Shown here in pieces: positions 25,956 to 37,320 of a stretch of DNA of 64,000 bases. The DNA comes from Corallochytrium limacisporum Hawaii (lineage: Eukaryota > Protista > Pluriformea). Numbering within the stretch: position 1 is the stretch's first letter; each line of letters begins with the position of its first letter. The DNA is taken from the NCBI GenBank assembly GCA_002811645.1, contig PDIP01000026.1, forward strand, positions 62,001 to 126,000, read 5' to 3'. A program made the position numbers and the translations under genes. The notes under the pieces were generated by a model. The model searched no databases and was not told the DNA's origin. It saw nothing but the letters and a program-made list of their open reading frames with translations.

Positions 25956-28718
25956 CTGGTGGGCTGGCCTTCGAATAAAGAATGCGTTTCATGGCGTCCG
26001 GTAAGGGTGAAACTATGGGAGCCGTGCGTGTGGCACTGGCGGCGCCTGCCTGCCCCCCCTCCCCCCCGACGCAGTGGTAGCGTGTTTCTTTTTTCTTTTT
26101 GTTTTGTTTGTCTTTTGTCCTGCTTGGACTAAAAAATTGCTTTGGGGAAGGGAGGGGGGAACACGTTAAGAAAAGATGACAACGGGATTGACAAAAGAAT
26201 CCTTCGAATAACGTTTTGGCAATAGATAAGAAAGGAGCGGGAGGAAAAGGAATTACGGCTAACTTCACCGCCATGGATTCCCGGTGATGAGGAAGGAGGA
26301 GGGACCATGAGGGGGGGGGGGGGCAGAGATAATGAATGACTGACTGATTGTGCGTCTATGTAAAGAATGGTTGGTCGGTCGGTTTGGGTGGGGATGGGTG
26401 TGTAATAAAAAGGCTAAAAAAAAAAGAAGAAAAGGGCGAGGTTAGAAGTGCGTGTACGGCGTGTGTGTTTTGTGTGTTTTGGTGTTCATTTCTTAGGGAT
26501 CGGTGCTGCGGAGTTTGCCAATGAATAAGTTTGTGGGCTATAGGCAATCCCTCATTCTACTGCATATGTCTCAGTGGTGTACAGGGCCGTTCGATCATGC
26601 GGTGGTCCCGCCAAATTGAAATAGGAACTTTAATATTTGCAACGGTTTGCGATCGAATGATAGAGATGCCTGCTAGAAGTTGCAAGTAGTGGGTTCCGAG
26701 GACAATAAGTTAGCCACTGTGTCCTCTGACTCTGGACCCCTGACCTCTATGTCCCATGCATGCATGTCATGCATGCGTGCCATGCGAAGTTCTTTAGATG
26801 ATAAGCCGGCCGGGAGTTTGAGAACAAAGAATGATGATCAATTGGACACACAGAGGTCATAGAATGTTGCTCCCTGTCACGGAGTTTTTCCCTATTGTGG
26901 GTGATACACCACCGGACTCTTGACTCCCATTGTGTGTCAAACCGGTTGCCCTAAGATCATGTTGGGGGGGGAGGGGTTCTACCTTTTCAGGGAGTAGCAC
27001 GTAATTAGTCCAAAGCCATCCGCATTGGCGGCGAGCTCGAAGGACCGTGGCATCGCCAGTCTTCCAGTGGTAGCAGCAAATGCACATCGACACTGCATCT
27101 TCCACCCAGCAGAGAATTGTGTTGGCGCAAGCGACAGCGCCAGCAGGCACATCTTCAGTTCCGTGGTCGATAAGGCTTGGATGATGTGTGTCGGAGTCGT
27201 GTGTGCCACAGCGTTCTTCAGCTCCGCTACGAACCCCAAATCCAATGACTTTCTGGCGGTGAATCTATCAGAGTTTTGGCAGAGTGTGAGTTTCACGGCA
27301 ACCGCTTTAATATACTACGCTACCTCGTGCTGTATAAGGAAGGTGTACATGGCGAAAATTACTCACCGTGTGAGGCGTAGTAGTGGTGTACAATAAGGTA
27401 TTGGGAAGGACGCACACACACACACACACACAAGAGAGAGAGAGAGAGCTCTGCCAGACAGTACAACTCCCGACAGAGAGAGAGATAACAGAGAAGAGAG
27501 AATAGAAAAGAGAGAGAATTGAGAGAATAGCGAATAATCCACACAAAGATAGAGAGCGACGGACAGAAAACGCGCCACTGATCCCCAAGGACAGAAGGAA
27601 GGAAAAAAAAAGAAAAACTGAAAACGATAGGAGTGAGCGAAGCCGATCATAAAAATGACACACCTCTCTGCGCTGGGAAAAGACGGATTCTACCGGGCGG
27701 GACGGAGAGGGGAAGGAAGGGAAAATTAAAAAGAAAAGAAAGAAAGAAAAAAAGAAAACCCATTAGAGCCGGGGAAAAAAACAAAAAAAAGGATGGTACG
27801 TGTAAAGTAGGACGGTTATGACGCATAGTGAGAAGAAGACCGGGGGAGGAGAGTGAAGGGAAGAGGGGAGACCCGGAGAGCCCCCTTCCCTGCCTCTCCC
27901 CCCGTGGGGCCAAGAAACGGAAGAAAGGGTGGAGAGAGAGAAGTGAGAGAAAGAAGAGGAACGAGAGGGATGGATGGATGGTTTAGATTAAAAAAGCGCG
28001 AGGAGGAAGAAGAATGAAAAAGAAAAGGAAGGAGGGGGCGGGTGGAGTGGGTGGGCGCAGTAACAAAAACATCGGGCTGGCCGGCCCGCAAGTGGCTCGG
28101 GTTGGGCTGGAGAAGGACAAAGCAGGGACACACACAGGGAGGGGGTGGGTGAGGGTGGAAAAAAAATCAAAGGGGAGAGAGTCCAGTGTTTCAGGGGGCG
28201 GCTGTCCCCCCACCCGGGCACTTCGTTGTAGTTCCGTAATAACCAAGGTTTCAGCTATTCGCCTCACTGGGGGACACGAAGGGGGAAGCCGGGGGCCGGT
28301 TTTGTGACTGTAAAGGTGTTAAACCCCCCCCCTTGGGAGGGATGGTTGCTGGCCCTTGTTGTCTCTCTCTCCCCCCGCTCTCTCTCACCATGGATGAAGG
28401 TGCGATGGGCCCCCCCCTCCCTCCATCCTCACCGGGTCGGTGGTGTTTTTTTTTTTGACAAATCAGCTTGAATTTGATATACGCCAAAATTTTCGTAGTC
28501 TTGGGGTACCTGAAATGTGCTTAAAAGTATATTAAAATAGTTTTCTCAAAGAGCGCTGTGTATGAATTGCGTTTGCGATTGATAGGGGCCCGGTAGTTGA
28601 TGCCGAGGGCTTCCTTGTGGGACAGGCCGTCTACAGGACCCACCATCTTCTCAGTGTCGTCGGTCTGAGGAACATCAGGATTGCCAAGCAGCTGCATGTG
28701 AATGGACGTGTGGTTTGC

Positions 28719-29717
28719 TCAAGATGACAGTAAAGGTGAATTCTCACCGTGATGACTGCGTGGCGGAGGCAACCCGTAGTTGTTGCTGTTGAGATCATCA
28801 ACGATGCTTGTGTACCGTTTGTTGCCATCTCCGTCGAAGAAGCGATTGCGCCGAAACAGGAATGTCGCAAACCGAAAGATTGCACCAGGGATGGTCAAGT
28901 AATTGAACGCGGTGCCTGGTCCCTTACACTTTAGGATCCTTGGCATTGCCCACGTTGCTGCCGTTTCGGGTGTCTCGCACAGAATGTTGAAGATCTTCAG
29001 ACTGCTAGGCTTTGCATCCCTGAGCAACAGATTTGTGAGGACCATGCCTGGGGTCAGGATGTGAACCCCTACGTTCCCTTTCAAGTGGTCTTTGTTGTCC
29101 TTGATTTCCGATCGTAAGCTACCCGCCAGCTGATTGTAGCCAGCTTTACTGGCTCCGTACACCAAGGAGTTCCCTGTGGCATTGCCTCGCGTACCGGCCC
29201 CGCCGATGAGGATGATCTTGAACTGGCCGCCTGGTCGCCGGCCCGCAGAGATCTCCCGTTGCCATGCCCGCATGGTTTCCCGGCACAAGATAATGACACC
29301 GGTCAGGTTAACGTTGAGTACCTTGGCAATGTCCTCTGCAGTCTGACCGTCGTCCACTAGTGGCTTGTAATGGGCTTTGGCACTGAGTCCTGCATTAGCA
29401 ACTACTATCTCTAGCGTCCGGTTATATTTCGACATAAACCATTTCTCCGCCTCTTTGACAAAGTAAGCAGGTCCTTGAGTGGTACTCAAATCGCAAGCCA
29501 CTCCGTGCAGATTCTGGGCGTATTCGGGTGTAACTAGAGTCTTCGCGTGGTTGATCGCCGCCGCAACGGTTTGCTCTGAGCTACCTGCAATGCACACAGC
29601 ATGGCCATGCTTTAGGAATTCGACAGTGAGGGCAAAACCGAACCCGTTAGTTCCTCCTGTGATTGCTATGTTCTTCATCATGTTGCTAATCTGACTCGCA
29701 CGACGGCGTGTGCACAT
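28719..29717 (-). CDS. Short-chain dehydrogenase/reductase, NYC1/NOL (chlorophyll(ide) b reductase)-like; ATG at 29717 or 29681
   Basis: Generic SDR motifs TGGTNGFG, ANAG and YGASK. Subfamily-type blocks YKPL, GAGTRG, PGMVLTNLL, FNILCETPETAA and NYLT...RRNRFFD recall plant NYC1/NOL. SDR call is certain; the subfamily call is from remembered motifs. Confidence 0.85.
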   Translation of the reverse strand: MCTRRRASQISNMMKNIAITGGTNGFGFALTVEFLKHGHAVCIAGSSEQTVAAAINHAKTLVTPEYAQNLHGVACDLSTTQGPAYFVKEAEKWFMSKYNRTLEIVVANAGLSAKAHYKPLVDDGQTAEDIAKVLNVNLTGVIILCRETMRAWQREISAGRRPGGQFKIILIGGAGTRGNATGNSLVYGASKAGYNQLAGSLRSEIKDNKDHLKGNVGVHILTPGMVLTNLLLRDAKPSSLKIFNILCETPETAATWAMPRILKCKGPGTAFNYLTIPGAIFRFATFLFRRNRFFDGDGNKRYTSIVDDLNSNNYGLPPPRSHHGENSPLLSS

Positions 29718-31795
29718 CAACGCCTCTGGTAAATGATGTTCACTCCTGGTCAGATACAGCTACCTGTGTTCAAGAACCTGCTGGCGTAGATATGAAGTGT
29801 GGCAGGCAGAAGAAGGTGTCGTGCTGCAAAACGAGTCCCACCCACACACGCGCGCACAATACGTACCAAAAACCCGTCCGTATCCGCTGGCCGGACCCGG
29901 GCGTGCGTGGAACCCGTTGGGGCACACGGCGGCCTCAAGGTGGATCGTAAAGGAAGAGGGCTGAAGAGGGGAGCGGGGTCAATTTTCCTCGGAGAAGGGG
30001 CCTATATTCAGGCAAAACTTCCTCCGGGCAAAGAAAACAGTGAGACTTTTCACAAACCGCCCCCCCCCCCCACCGCCAACCACACACGCCTTTCCCGAGG
30101 GCACGACCGGTGGAATCTGATGAGAATGAAACAATATGTCCTGCCATCTCTTCACTCACGTAATGTAGATCCCACAACGCACATCCAGACCAGTCATCGG
30201 AAAACCATTATCGACCATCGCTGTTCCTTTCTGATATCCTCCATCGTTCAGGACCTAGATATTAGATGGCATGTGTGGAGGGTGTAGAACATGATGATGG
30301 TTGACGGCCCGGTTCTCCATGATTCCCCCCCCCCCGGGGGATCTCGTGGTCTACTTTACTCCTCAGTACACCGACGCATGCATCTGTTTTGGCGATTGGT
30401 GAATAGCTCACACATAGGGAGAACCAATAAAGATCCTCACTCCGCTTATCTTTGCGCACCCCTTGTGCTACGGAATCGCACATTTTGATGCGATTAATAA
30501 GTGTCTTGCTCACCGCGCTCTCAGCAGCTAATAAGCCTTGTTCGGTTTCTGGTGGTGGGTGATGCAGTGGCAGATCCGAAGGAGAGGCACAGTCGCACGC
30601 ACAAGCCACTCGGTTCCAAGCAGTGCACTGGTCGGACTCAGAGCTTCGGCGGTGGGGGGGGGGGTTGGTTGTTAAAGGATTGGCCCGGATTCTGCTTTTA
30701 CACACACACACACCCCCTCCCCCCTCCTTTTCTCTCTGTGTTTTGTCTCCATTTTTTTTTTGCCTTTGTTTTCGCCTGCAAAGGTTATTTTATTTTGATC
30801 CTTTGTGGCCAGGGAGAAAATCAGGGCGGCCCCGGAAGGCCCCCCGGGGGGGGGGGAGGAGGGCAGGGTCCGTGCAGGTATGGTCGCTGGCTATTTGCGG
30901 AAGAGACTTTGCAGAGAGAGAAAAGAGGGAAGGCACCCCCCCCCCCGGGGGGGCGGCCGGGGGGGGGGGGGAATTTTTAAAAACCAAAGGGGANNNNNNN
31001 NNNNNNNNNNNNNNNNNNNNNNNNNNNNCCCCCCCCCGGGGCTGGGGCCGGGGGGGGGGGAGAATTTTTAAAAACCAAAGGGAAAAAGTGTGCCAACTGA
31101 GGCACTGGGTCGAAAACCGTGCCCGTTCGTTCGGTGGTCATGCTTTACAGTTTTCTTCGAGGTTGGTTGAACGTTCCGTGATCACACACACACACTCTCT
31201 CTCTCTCTCTCTGTCTCTCTCGTTCTCTCTTTGCTCTCTCACTCTCTTGTTCACACACAGGCCTTGCGCGCTGGTGACTTGCCCGTTCGGCATGATTCTA
31301 CATCCGTCCTTCTCTGCTGCTAAACCGTTTCTTGCATGCCTTACTCCCTGTGTCGGACGAGCTGGACACGCGCAACACTCCAAGCCCCCCCCCCACGCCA
31401 AAACCCAGAAGCTCCCGGGGCGCCCGTCCCTACCAGAAGTTTTGGCGGTGGGACGCAACGGGCGAAGGAAAGAAAAGGGAAAAAAAAAAGCCATCCGGTG
31501 GAATCTGGTGAGGCCTTTTTGGCTTCTCAGCCGCGTTGCGTCTCTGTGTGTCTCTGTGCGCTGACTGTGCTCCCGGGTGTCTGTGGTCATAACTTCCTGC
31601 TTGCTGGCTCATTTGTTTCTCGTGAACTAGAGAAGGTATTGGAGAGAGGATGGCTGGACTAGTTGAGCACCGTTCGTACATGTAATTCTATCCGTGAGGA
31701 TCATGCGGAGAGTAGAAGGAAAGTCGATTGAAAAGAGTGCGACGTAGATGACATGACGGGTTCGTGACAGGGCCTCCTAAATTTAGACAGAACAC

Positions 31796-33205
31796 ATGAA
31801 CAACCAAACAGTAACCATGGCTAATAGTATTAGCTTCAAAGGTGAGTCCATGGACATGGACACTCTGTTTTTATACTTCGTTGCAGTGGTCGTGGGGATG
31901 CAGCTGCTGCGCATGATCATGGTCCCCATTCGGTCTCGGTCAGTAGCAAACCCTCGACTGTTGGGAAGACAGAACGTGCTTCTGGTGATAGCACACCCAG
32001 ACGACGAGTCTATGTTCTTTGGTCCGCTGATGGCACAACTTAGTCCAAAGGCAAATGGCCAGAGCAAAGCCAAGGACAATGAGGATCAACACATGCCGAG
32101 TGCCCCAAGGTCTCCCGGAGCCAGTGTTCCTTTCGAGGATATTGAGGATCCGAATGAAGATGGATACATCCTCCCTAAATTGTACGTACTGTGCTTAAGC
32201 ACGGGTGATGCCGATGGCAAGGGCAGTACTCGGGTTCAGGAGCTGAAGAAGGTCATGGAACTCTGGGGGTACGATCCTGAGGAACAGCTGCAGATCCTCG
32301 ATGACCCCATGCTTCCCGACAGCATGACAGCCCAGTGGCCACAGACAATTATTCAGCGATATGTACGGACAGCGGTGCAAGCATGGCACGTTGACACAGT
32401 CATTACCTTTGATCAAGGAGGCATATCGGGCCACTTCAATCACATTGCCATTCACAAGGCACTTGTGCCGCCCGGTACGTGGTCTGCGAAAGACTATGAA
32501 GCTCTGCCCGTCACCGAAAAACGCAGAAAGGCCGAGCAGCTGAGACGACAACAGCAGAAGACAAAGTCCAAGGCAAAGAATCGGTTGGGCATGTCCCCAA
32601 ATGGCCACACGGGAACACCGCCAGCAACCCCAGACAGCAAGGGGCCGCTGACCCGTAGTCGCAGGACAGCTGTTGTCAATGGCAAGTCACCCGGTTCCAA
32701 GGACATTACTATGTCGTCACGACCGAGAAAGGGAGCGTCCAAGACAGCGACAGCTAAGACAGCAACGTCAAAAATAGCAACATCTAAGCCGTCCCTCGCA
32801 GTTAGCGAGAACCATGAACCATCCGCGACGTCCCTTAGCAATTCAAACACGCCCCGACTGCCGCTAGGCAAGTCCGTGCGAATCTTATGCCTACGCAGTG
32901 AACTGCCGTTCCTGAAGTACACAGGCGCGATAGAGCTCTTCTTCCGCACCCTGCTCTTCCGTAAGGGCATGAGCGTATGGACGGATGCGAGACACATCAG
33001 CGTCGCCGTGAACGGTGTGCTCTTTGGTACCGGCTGGACGTGTCGGACGGCCATGTTCACACACTGGAGCCAAATGGTTTGGTTCCGCTGGCTGTATATT
33101 TTCTTTTCGCGGTACATGACAGTGAATGACTTTGTAGTCATGGTCGAAGGCGATTCGTGGCACCAGAATGCCATCGATGTCGCAGCGCATGGTCCTGATG
33201 AATGA
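31796..33205 (+). CDS. PIGL: N-acetylglucosaminyl-phosphatidylinositol de-N-acetylase (PIG-L/GPI12) with long insertions; true start may be a downstream Met
   Basis: N-terminal transmembrane segment, VLLVIAHPDDESMFF, LCLSTG, ITFDQGGISGHFNH and C-terminal HWSQMVWFRWLYIFFSRYM.VN. Confidence 0.93.
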   Translation: MNNQTVTMANSISFKGESMDMDTLFLYFVAVVVGMQLLRMIMVPIRSRSVANPRLLGRQNVLLVIAHPDDESMFFGPLMAQLSPKANGQSKAKDNEDQHMPSAPRSPGASVPFEDIEDPNEDGYILPKLYVLCLSTGDADGKGSTRVQELKKVMELWGYDPEEQLQILDDPMLPDSMTAQWPQTIIQRYVRTAVQAWHVDTVITFDQGGISGHFNHIAIHKALVPPGTWSAKDYEALPVTEKRRKAEQLRRQQQKTKSKAKNRLGMSPNGHTGTPPATPDSKGPLTRSRRTAVVNGKSPGSKDITMSSRPRKGASKTATAKTATSKIATSKPSLAVSENHEPSATSLSNSNTPRLPLGKSVRILCLRSELPFLKYTGAIELFFRTLLFRKGMSVWTDARHISVAVNGVLFGTGWTCRTAMFTHWSQMVWFRWLYIFFSRYMTVNDFVVMVEGDSWHQNAIDVAAHGPDE

Positions 33206-33698
33206 GGGACTTCAAAGAGTATGGTCTCGACACTGTAACAATAAAGCATGCGAACTACTGATGACAACGCTATGGTCATCACTTATCATTCAACCAAAAA
33301 ATGTTGTGGTAGTTTTTCACTAGTATACGTTTGTTCGTTTGATGTTATATCTACTTTGGAAATTCGTAGGACTCAATCTCATTTTTGCAAAAGAATTGAA
33401 AATTTGGAAGTGAGTAGACAGATGCTCATTCCTCTCCTTTCGGAAAGGGTGTTTTCAAAAGTCTTTCTGATCGTGCTCCCTGTCCCATTCACGACAAAGG
33501 AATATGGGCAGAAAGTCGACTCGTTGATTTAAAATGCTTTGGAAAGCGTGCGCAGAATGTTGTTGGAAATGTGGAAGAAAGGTTGTTGTCTTTGAAATGA
33601 ACACAAATAGGGTGGATAAACAAAATAAGGGTGGTTGAATGAGGCAGGATGTAGATGAAGGGAAAGATCACGAAGATGAGACATGGGAACATGGGACC

Positions 33699-35078
33699 TT
33701 AAGACGAAGCATTGGCATTTGCATTGGCCTTAGTTGGTGTAGCTCCGGCGGGAGCTGCACCTTCGGCGGCTTTGCGGCCCTCGGGCGTGTCTGCACTGCC
33801 CGTCAGGCTCTTGATCGCATTGAAGGCCTGGGACGCAATGTTCCAAACAGAGGTCTGTCCATCCGTTCCTGGCTCTCCGGACTGACCGTCCGGGCCCACT
33901 GCAGCGGCGCTGCCATTGGCAGTGTTGTTGGCCTCTGAGCCGCCCTTATCAGCAGCGATGCGCTTGCTCCTCTTGGGAGTAGGCTCCGCATCGCCCGGGG
34001 GGGCCGGCCTGCGCACCGGGGACGCTTGCCGTTTCTTCGTGGGAGAACCCTTAGTGCCAGTGGCAGCACCACCAGCCGCATCCGCAGCATCCGCCGCACC
34101 CTCCCCATCAGCTGGGGTCTTGGGCTTCTCGTTTGCTGCCGCTCGAGTCTTGCTCGGGGACTTGGGTGCGTTTGTGGGAGACTTGCTCCGTGCCCTAGTA
34201 CTAGGAGAGTTGCCGGCCTCAAGGAATCGGTTGCGCCCACCGGAAACTTCGGCTGTATCCTTCTTTTCCTTGGTCGTATCTTTCTTCGCAGCTGCCTTCT
34301 TGGTGGGTGAAGGGGATTTCTTCGCAGAAGCCTTACCGGCCCTCTTGGCCGATCCAGACTTCTTGGCGGAAACCTTGGACGCAAACGCCGGACGGTCCTG
34401 GTTCTTTGGCCGTCCGCGGGGCCTCTTCTGCGTGGGTACACTGATCTCCGCCTCTGCAGCTTTGCTGATGGCAGTCCGACCCGTCGGGGTATTGCAGACC
34501 AGAGCTTGCTCCAGCAAGGATCCCTGTCCTTTGCCCTTGGCACCTGCAGGTGTGCCTGAACCACCCCTCTTCTGGCCGTCCTGGCCGCTATCTCCAGCGC
34601 TTCCATCATCTTCCTTCTTGGCCTTACCACGAGGCGGGCCACGGGGACTGTCATCCCAGCCCAGCACAACCTGAACCCTGAGGCTCTGCTGCGGCATGAC
34701 TTTGGGCATCTCAGCGGCAGCCTTGTAACGTTCCACAATGTCAGCAGGAGTACTCTCATGCAAAGCCGGATAGTTACCGTCATTGGTGGGGACCCACCAC
34801 TCGCAAATATCTTCTGTTGTTGTGGGATGACTGAGTAAAGGAAGGTCTTTCTTCTTCATAGACTCCTTGGGGTCGACGTCCTTATGCGCAGTTTTTAAGT
34901 GTCGAGGCAAGCGCTTTTTACCAACTTCAATTGAGCACTCTGGGCATCGAGTGGTACGGTGGGAGTAGCGGACGTGGTGCTTTAGCTGATTCAATCCCAG
35001 GACCAAGCGCTGACAAGCAGGGCAGCGCATCAGTCCTTCCCGGGGTGCTCCCTCCGGGATCTCCGCGGGTTTATCCAT
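33699..35078 (-). CDS. Chromatin-type protein with two C2H2 zinc fingers, an AT-hook and a K/A/S/P-rich tail
   Basis: CPAC-x12-HVRYSH and CPEC-x11-HLKTAH fingers; KRPRGRPK AT-hook; several S/T-P-x-K/R sites. Confidence 0.85.
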   Translation of the reverse strand: MDKPAEIPEGAPREGLMRCPACQRLVLGLNQLKHHVRYSHRTTRCPECSIEVGKKRLPRHLKTAHKDVDPKESMKKKDLPLLSHPTTTEDICEWWVPTNDGNYPALHESTPADIVERYKAAAEMPKVMPQQSLRVQVVLGWDDSPRGPPRGKAKKEDDGSAGDSGQDGQKRGGSGTPAGAKGKGQGSLLEQALVCNTPTGRTAISKAAEAEISVPTQKRPRGRPKNQDRPAFASKVSAKKSGSAKRAGKASAKKSPSPTKKAAAKKDTTKEKKDTAEVSGGRNRFLEAGNSPSTRARSKSPTNAPKSPSKTRAAANEKPKTPADGEGAADAADAAGGAATGTKGSPTKKRQASPVRRPAPPGDAEPTPKRSKRIAADKGGSEANNTANGSAAAVGPDGQSGEPGTDGQTSVWNIASQAFNAIKSLTGSADTPEGRKAAEGAAPAGATPTKANANANASS

Positions 35079-37320
35079 TGTCTAAAGAAAAGGTTGTGTT
35101 TCTTGTTTCTAAGTTCCCTTAAACCCCGGTTGGAAAGATTATCTTACAGTTTTGAAATGCTGTACAAAGAATAATGATCGTTTGATTTGGTTCTAGAGTC
35201 TGGTGGGCGGCATTGTCGCTAGCCTAAAAGTTGAAATTCCAGACTTTCTCCTTGTCACCGAACTGATGAACACATTAGTCCACATTAAGTTTATAATGTT
35301 TACTGATCAGATTACCACCTTATACCTTTAGTATGAGATGTGATAAAGCATCATTCCATGTTCTGCATGAAGTCCACAAGTGGCAGTATTAACTAAAACA
35401 CGCCACCAACATTTCAAAATGTTCCAAAGCCATCACCGGCCGGGAGTTCGAAACTGGCAGAAATCATTTCCTCCCGTCCCTGGAGTTATTCCGTACTGGC
35501 AGCCATAACACACACATACAGCCCAACGCGCACACACACAATGGCTTCACCGGATTGCACAACACTGGGCCCCCCCCCTCCTCCCCCCCCATTCCCCTTG
35601 ATTTCCAAATCGGCAGATGGAGTAAAGCCAATATCTCGAAACCTCCCNNNNNNNNNNNNNNNNNNNNNNNNNNNNNNNNNNNNNNNNNNNNNNNNNNNNN
35701 NNNNNNNNNNNNNNNNNNNNNNNNNNNNNNNNNNNNNNNNNNNNNNNNNNNNNNNNNNNNNNNNNNNNNNNNNNNNNNNNNNNNNNNNNNNNNNNNNNNN
35801 NNNNNNNNNNNNNNNNNNNNNNNNNNNNNNNNNNNNNNNNNNNNNNNNNNNNNNNNNNNNNNNNNNNNNNNNNNNNNNNNNNNNNNNNNNNNNNNNNNNN
35901 NNNNNNNNNNNNNNNNNNNNNNNNNNNNNNNNNNNNNNNNNNNNNNNNNNNNNNNNNNNNNNNNNNNNNNNNNNNNNNNNNNNNNNNNNNNNNNNNNNNN
36001 NNNNNNNNNNNNNNNNNNNNNNNNNNNNNNNNNNNNNNNNNNNNNNNNNNNNNNNNNNNNNNNNNNNNNNNNNNNNNNNNNNNNNNNNNNNNNNNNNNNN
36101 NNNNNNNNNNNNNNNNNNNNNNNNNNNNNNNNNNNNNNNNNNNNNNNNNNNNNNNNNNNNNNNNNNNNNNNNNNNNNNNNNNNNNNNNNNNNNNNNNNNN
36201 NNNNNNNNNNNNNNNNNNNNNNNNNNNNNNNNNNNNNNNNNNNNNNNNNNNNNNNNNNNNNNNNNNNNNNNNNNNNNNNNNNNNNNNNNNNNNNNNNNNN
36301 NNNNNNNNNNNNNNNNNNNNNNNNNNNNNNNNNNNNNNNNNNNNNNNNNNNNNNNNNNNNNNNNNNNNNNNNNNNNNNNNNNNNNNNNNNNNNNNNNNNN
36401 NNNNNNNNNNNNNNNNNNNNNNNNNNNNNNNNNNNNNNNNNNNNNNNNNNNNNNNNNNNNNNNNNNNNNNNNNNNNNNNGGAGGAGGCCAAAGGAGCGGG
36501 GAGCAGGCGAAGAAGACCGGGGCAGGTGTTTTCAAGAGAGAGAGAGAGAGAGAGAAGGGGGCCGCGAATCGAGGCTCAGGCAAAAAAAGTGGGGGGGAGT
36601 AAGGAGAGTCGGGAGCTTTGGGGGGGAGGGGGGAGGGGGTGCGGGAGCCTGACTGACTGTTCGTGAACCAACGGGGTGACAAATTCGATTCGGCACACGG
36701 TGCGTCCTTTTGGCGCCGTCAGCCAGTACTATGGGTATCGTGCACAAGATTCGCTGTCGTGGTGTCTTTTACGGTATTGAAGTTACTGGCACCACGGGGC
36801 GAGAAGCGAACTGGCGTGCCGGCGAACTGTAGAAATGCGCGGGTTCACTGGGGGGTTCGGGATCTGAATATGCAGTACTTTCACTATAGTCGACCATGCG
36901 TTGTCTTACCTATACGTCGCCTTCCGTTTCTTTGTTGTTTTTGTTGTTGTGTTCTCCTCGGGAGGGGGGGCTTTGGGCATACGTACCATAGTGAATGTAC
37001 CGCGATTCAGGTGCGATACGGCCTGAGTGGCCTGGGCATACCGATTTTGTTTTGACTCAATGTTCGTCGCCCCATGGCCTCCCTTGGGAGCTCTTTAGTA
37101 GTGAATAAACTGAGTTTAGTCCCAAGAAAGTTATATCCCCCAGTCCAACCTTGTCGCCTTTATTTTCTATAGTCAGAGATGAATATTTACAGTATCCGTA
37201 TGTAATATGAGTATATCAAAAAGCTTCCGTGAGATGATCGTCCTCTGAGAGCTACGATTGCCAATCTGGCTTGACAAGTTACACAGTGAGAATCACGGAG
37301 CGCCAACGGCGGGGCCCGAA

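Noticed and set aside
35440-35460. B-box-like GAGTTCGAAAC (also GGTTCGAATC near 50386)
   Set aside because: No A-box or cloverleaf around either site; not called as tRNA.
35486-36682. Long ORFs spanning N-runs (also 10840-10875, 11160-11242, 12778-13116, 30994-31028 and 39650-39694)
   Set aside because: They are open only because the gaps translate as X; no coding evidence.
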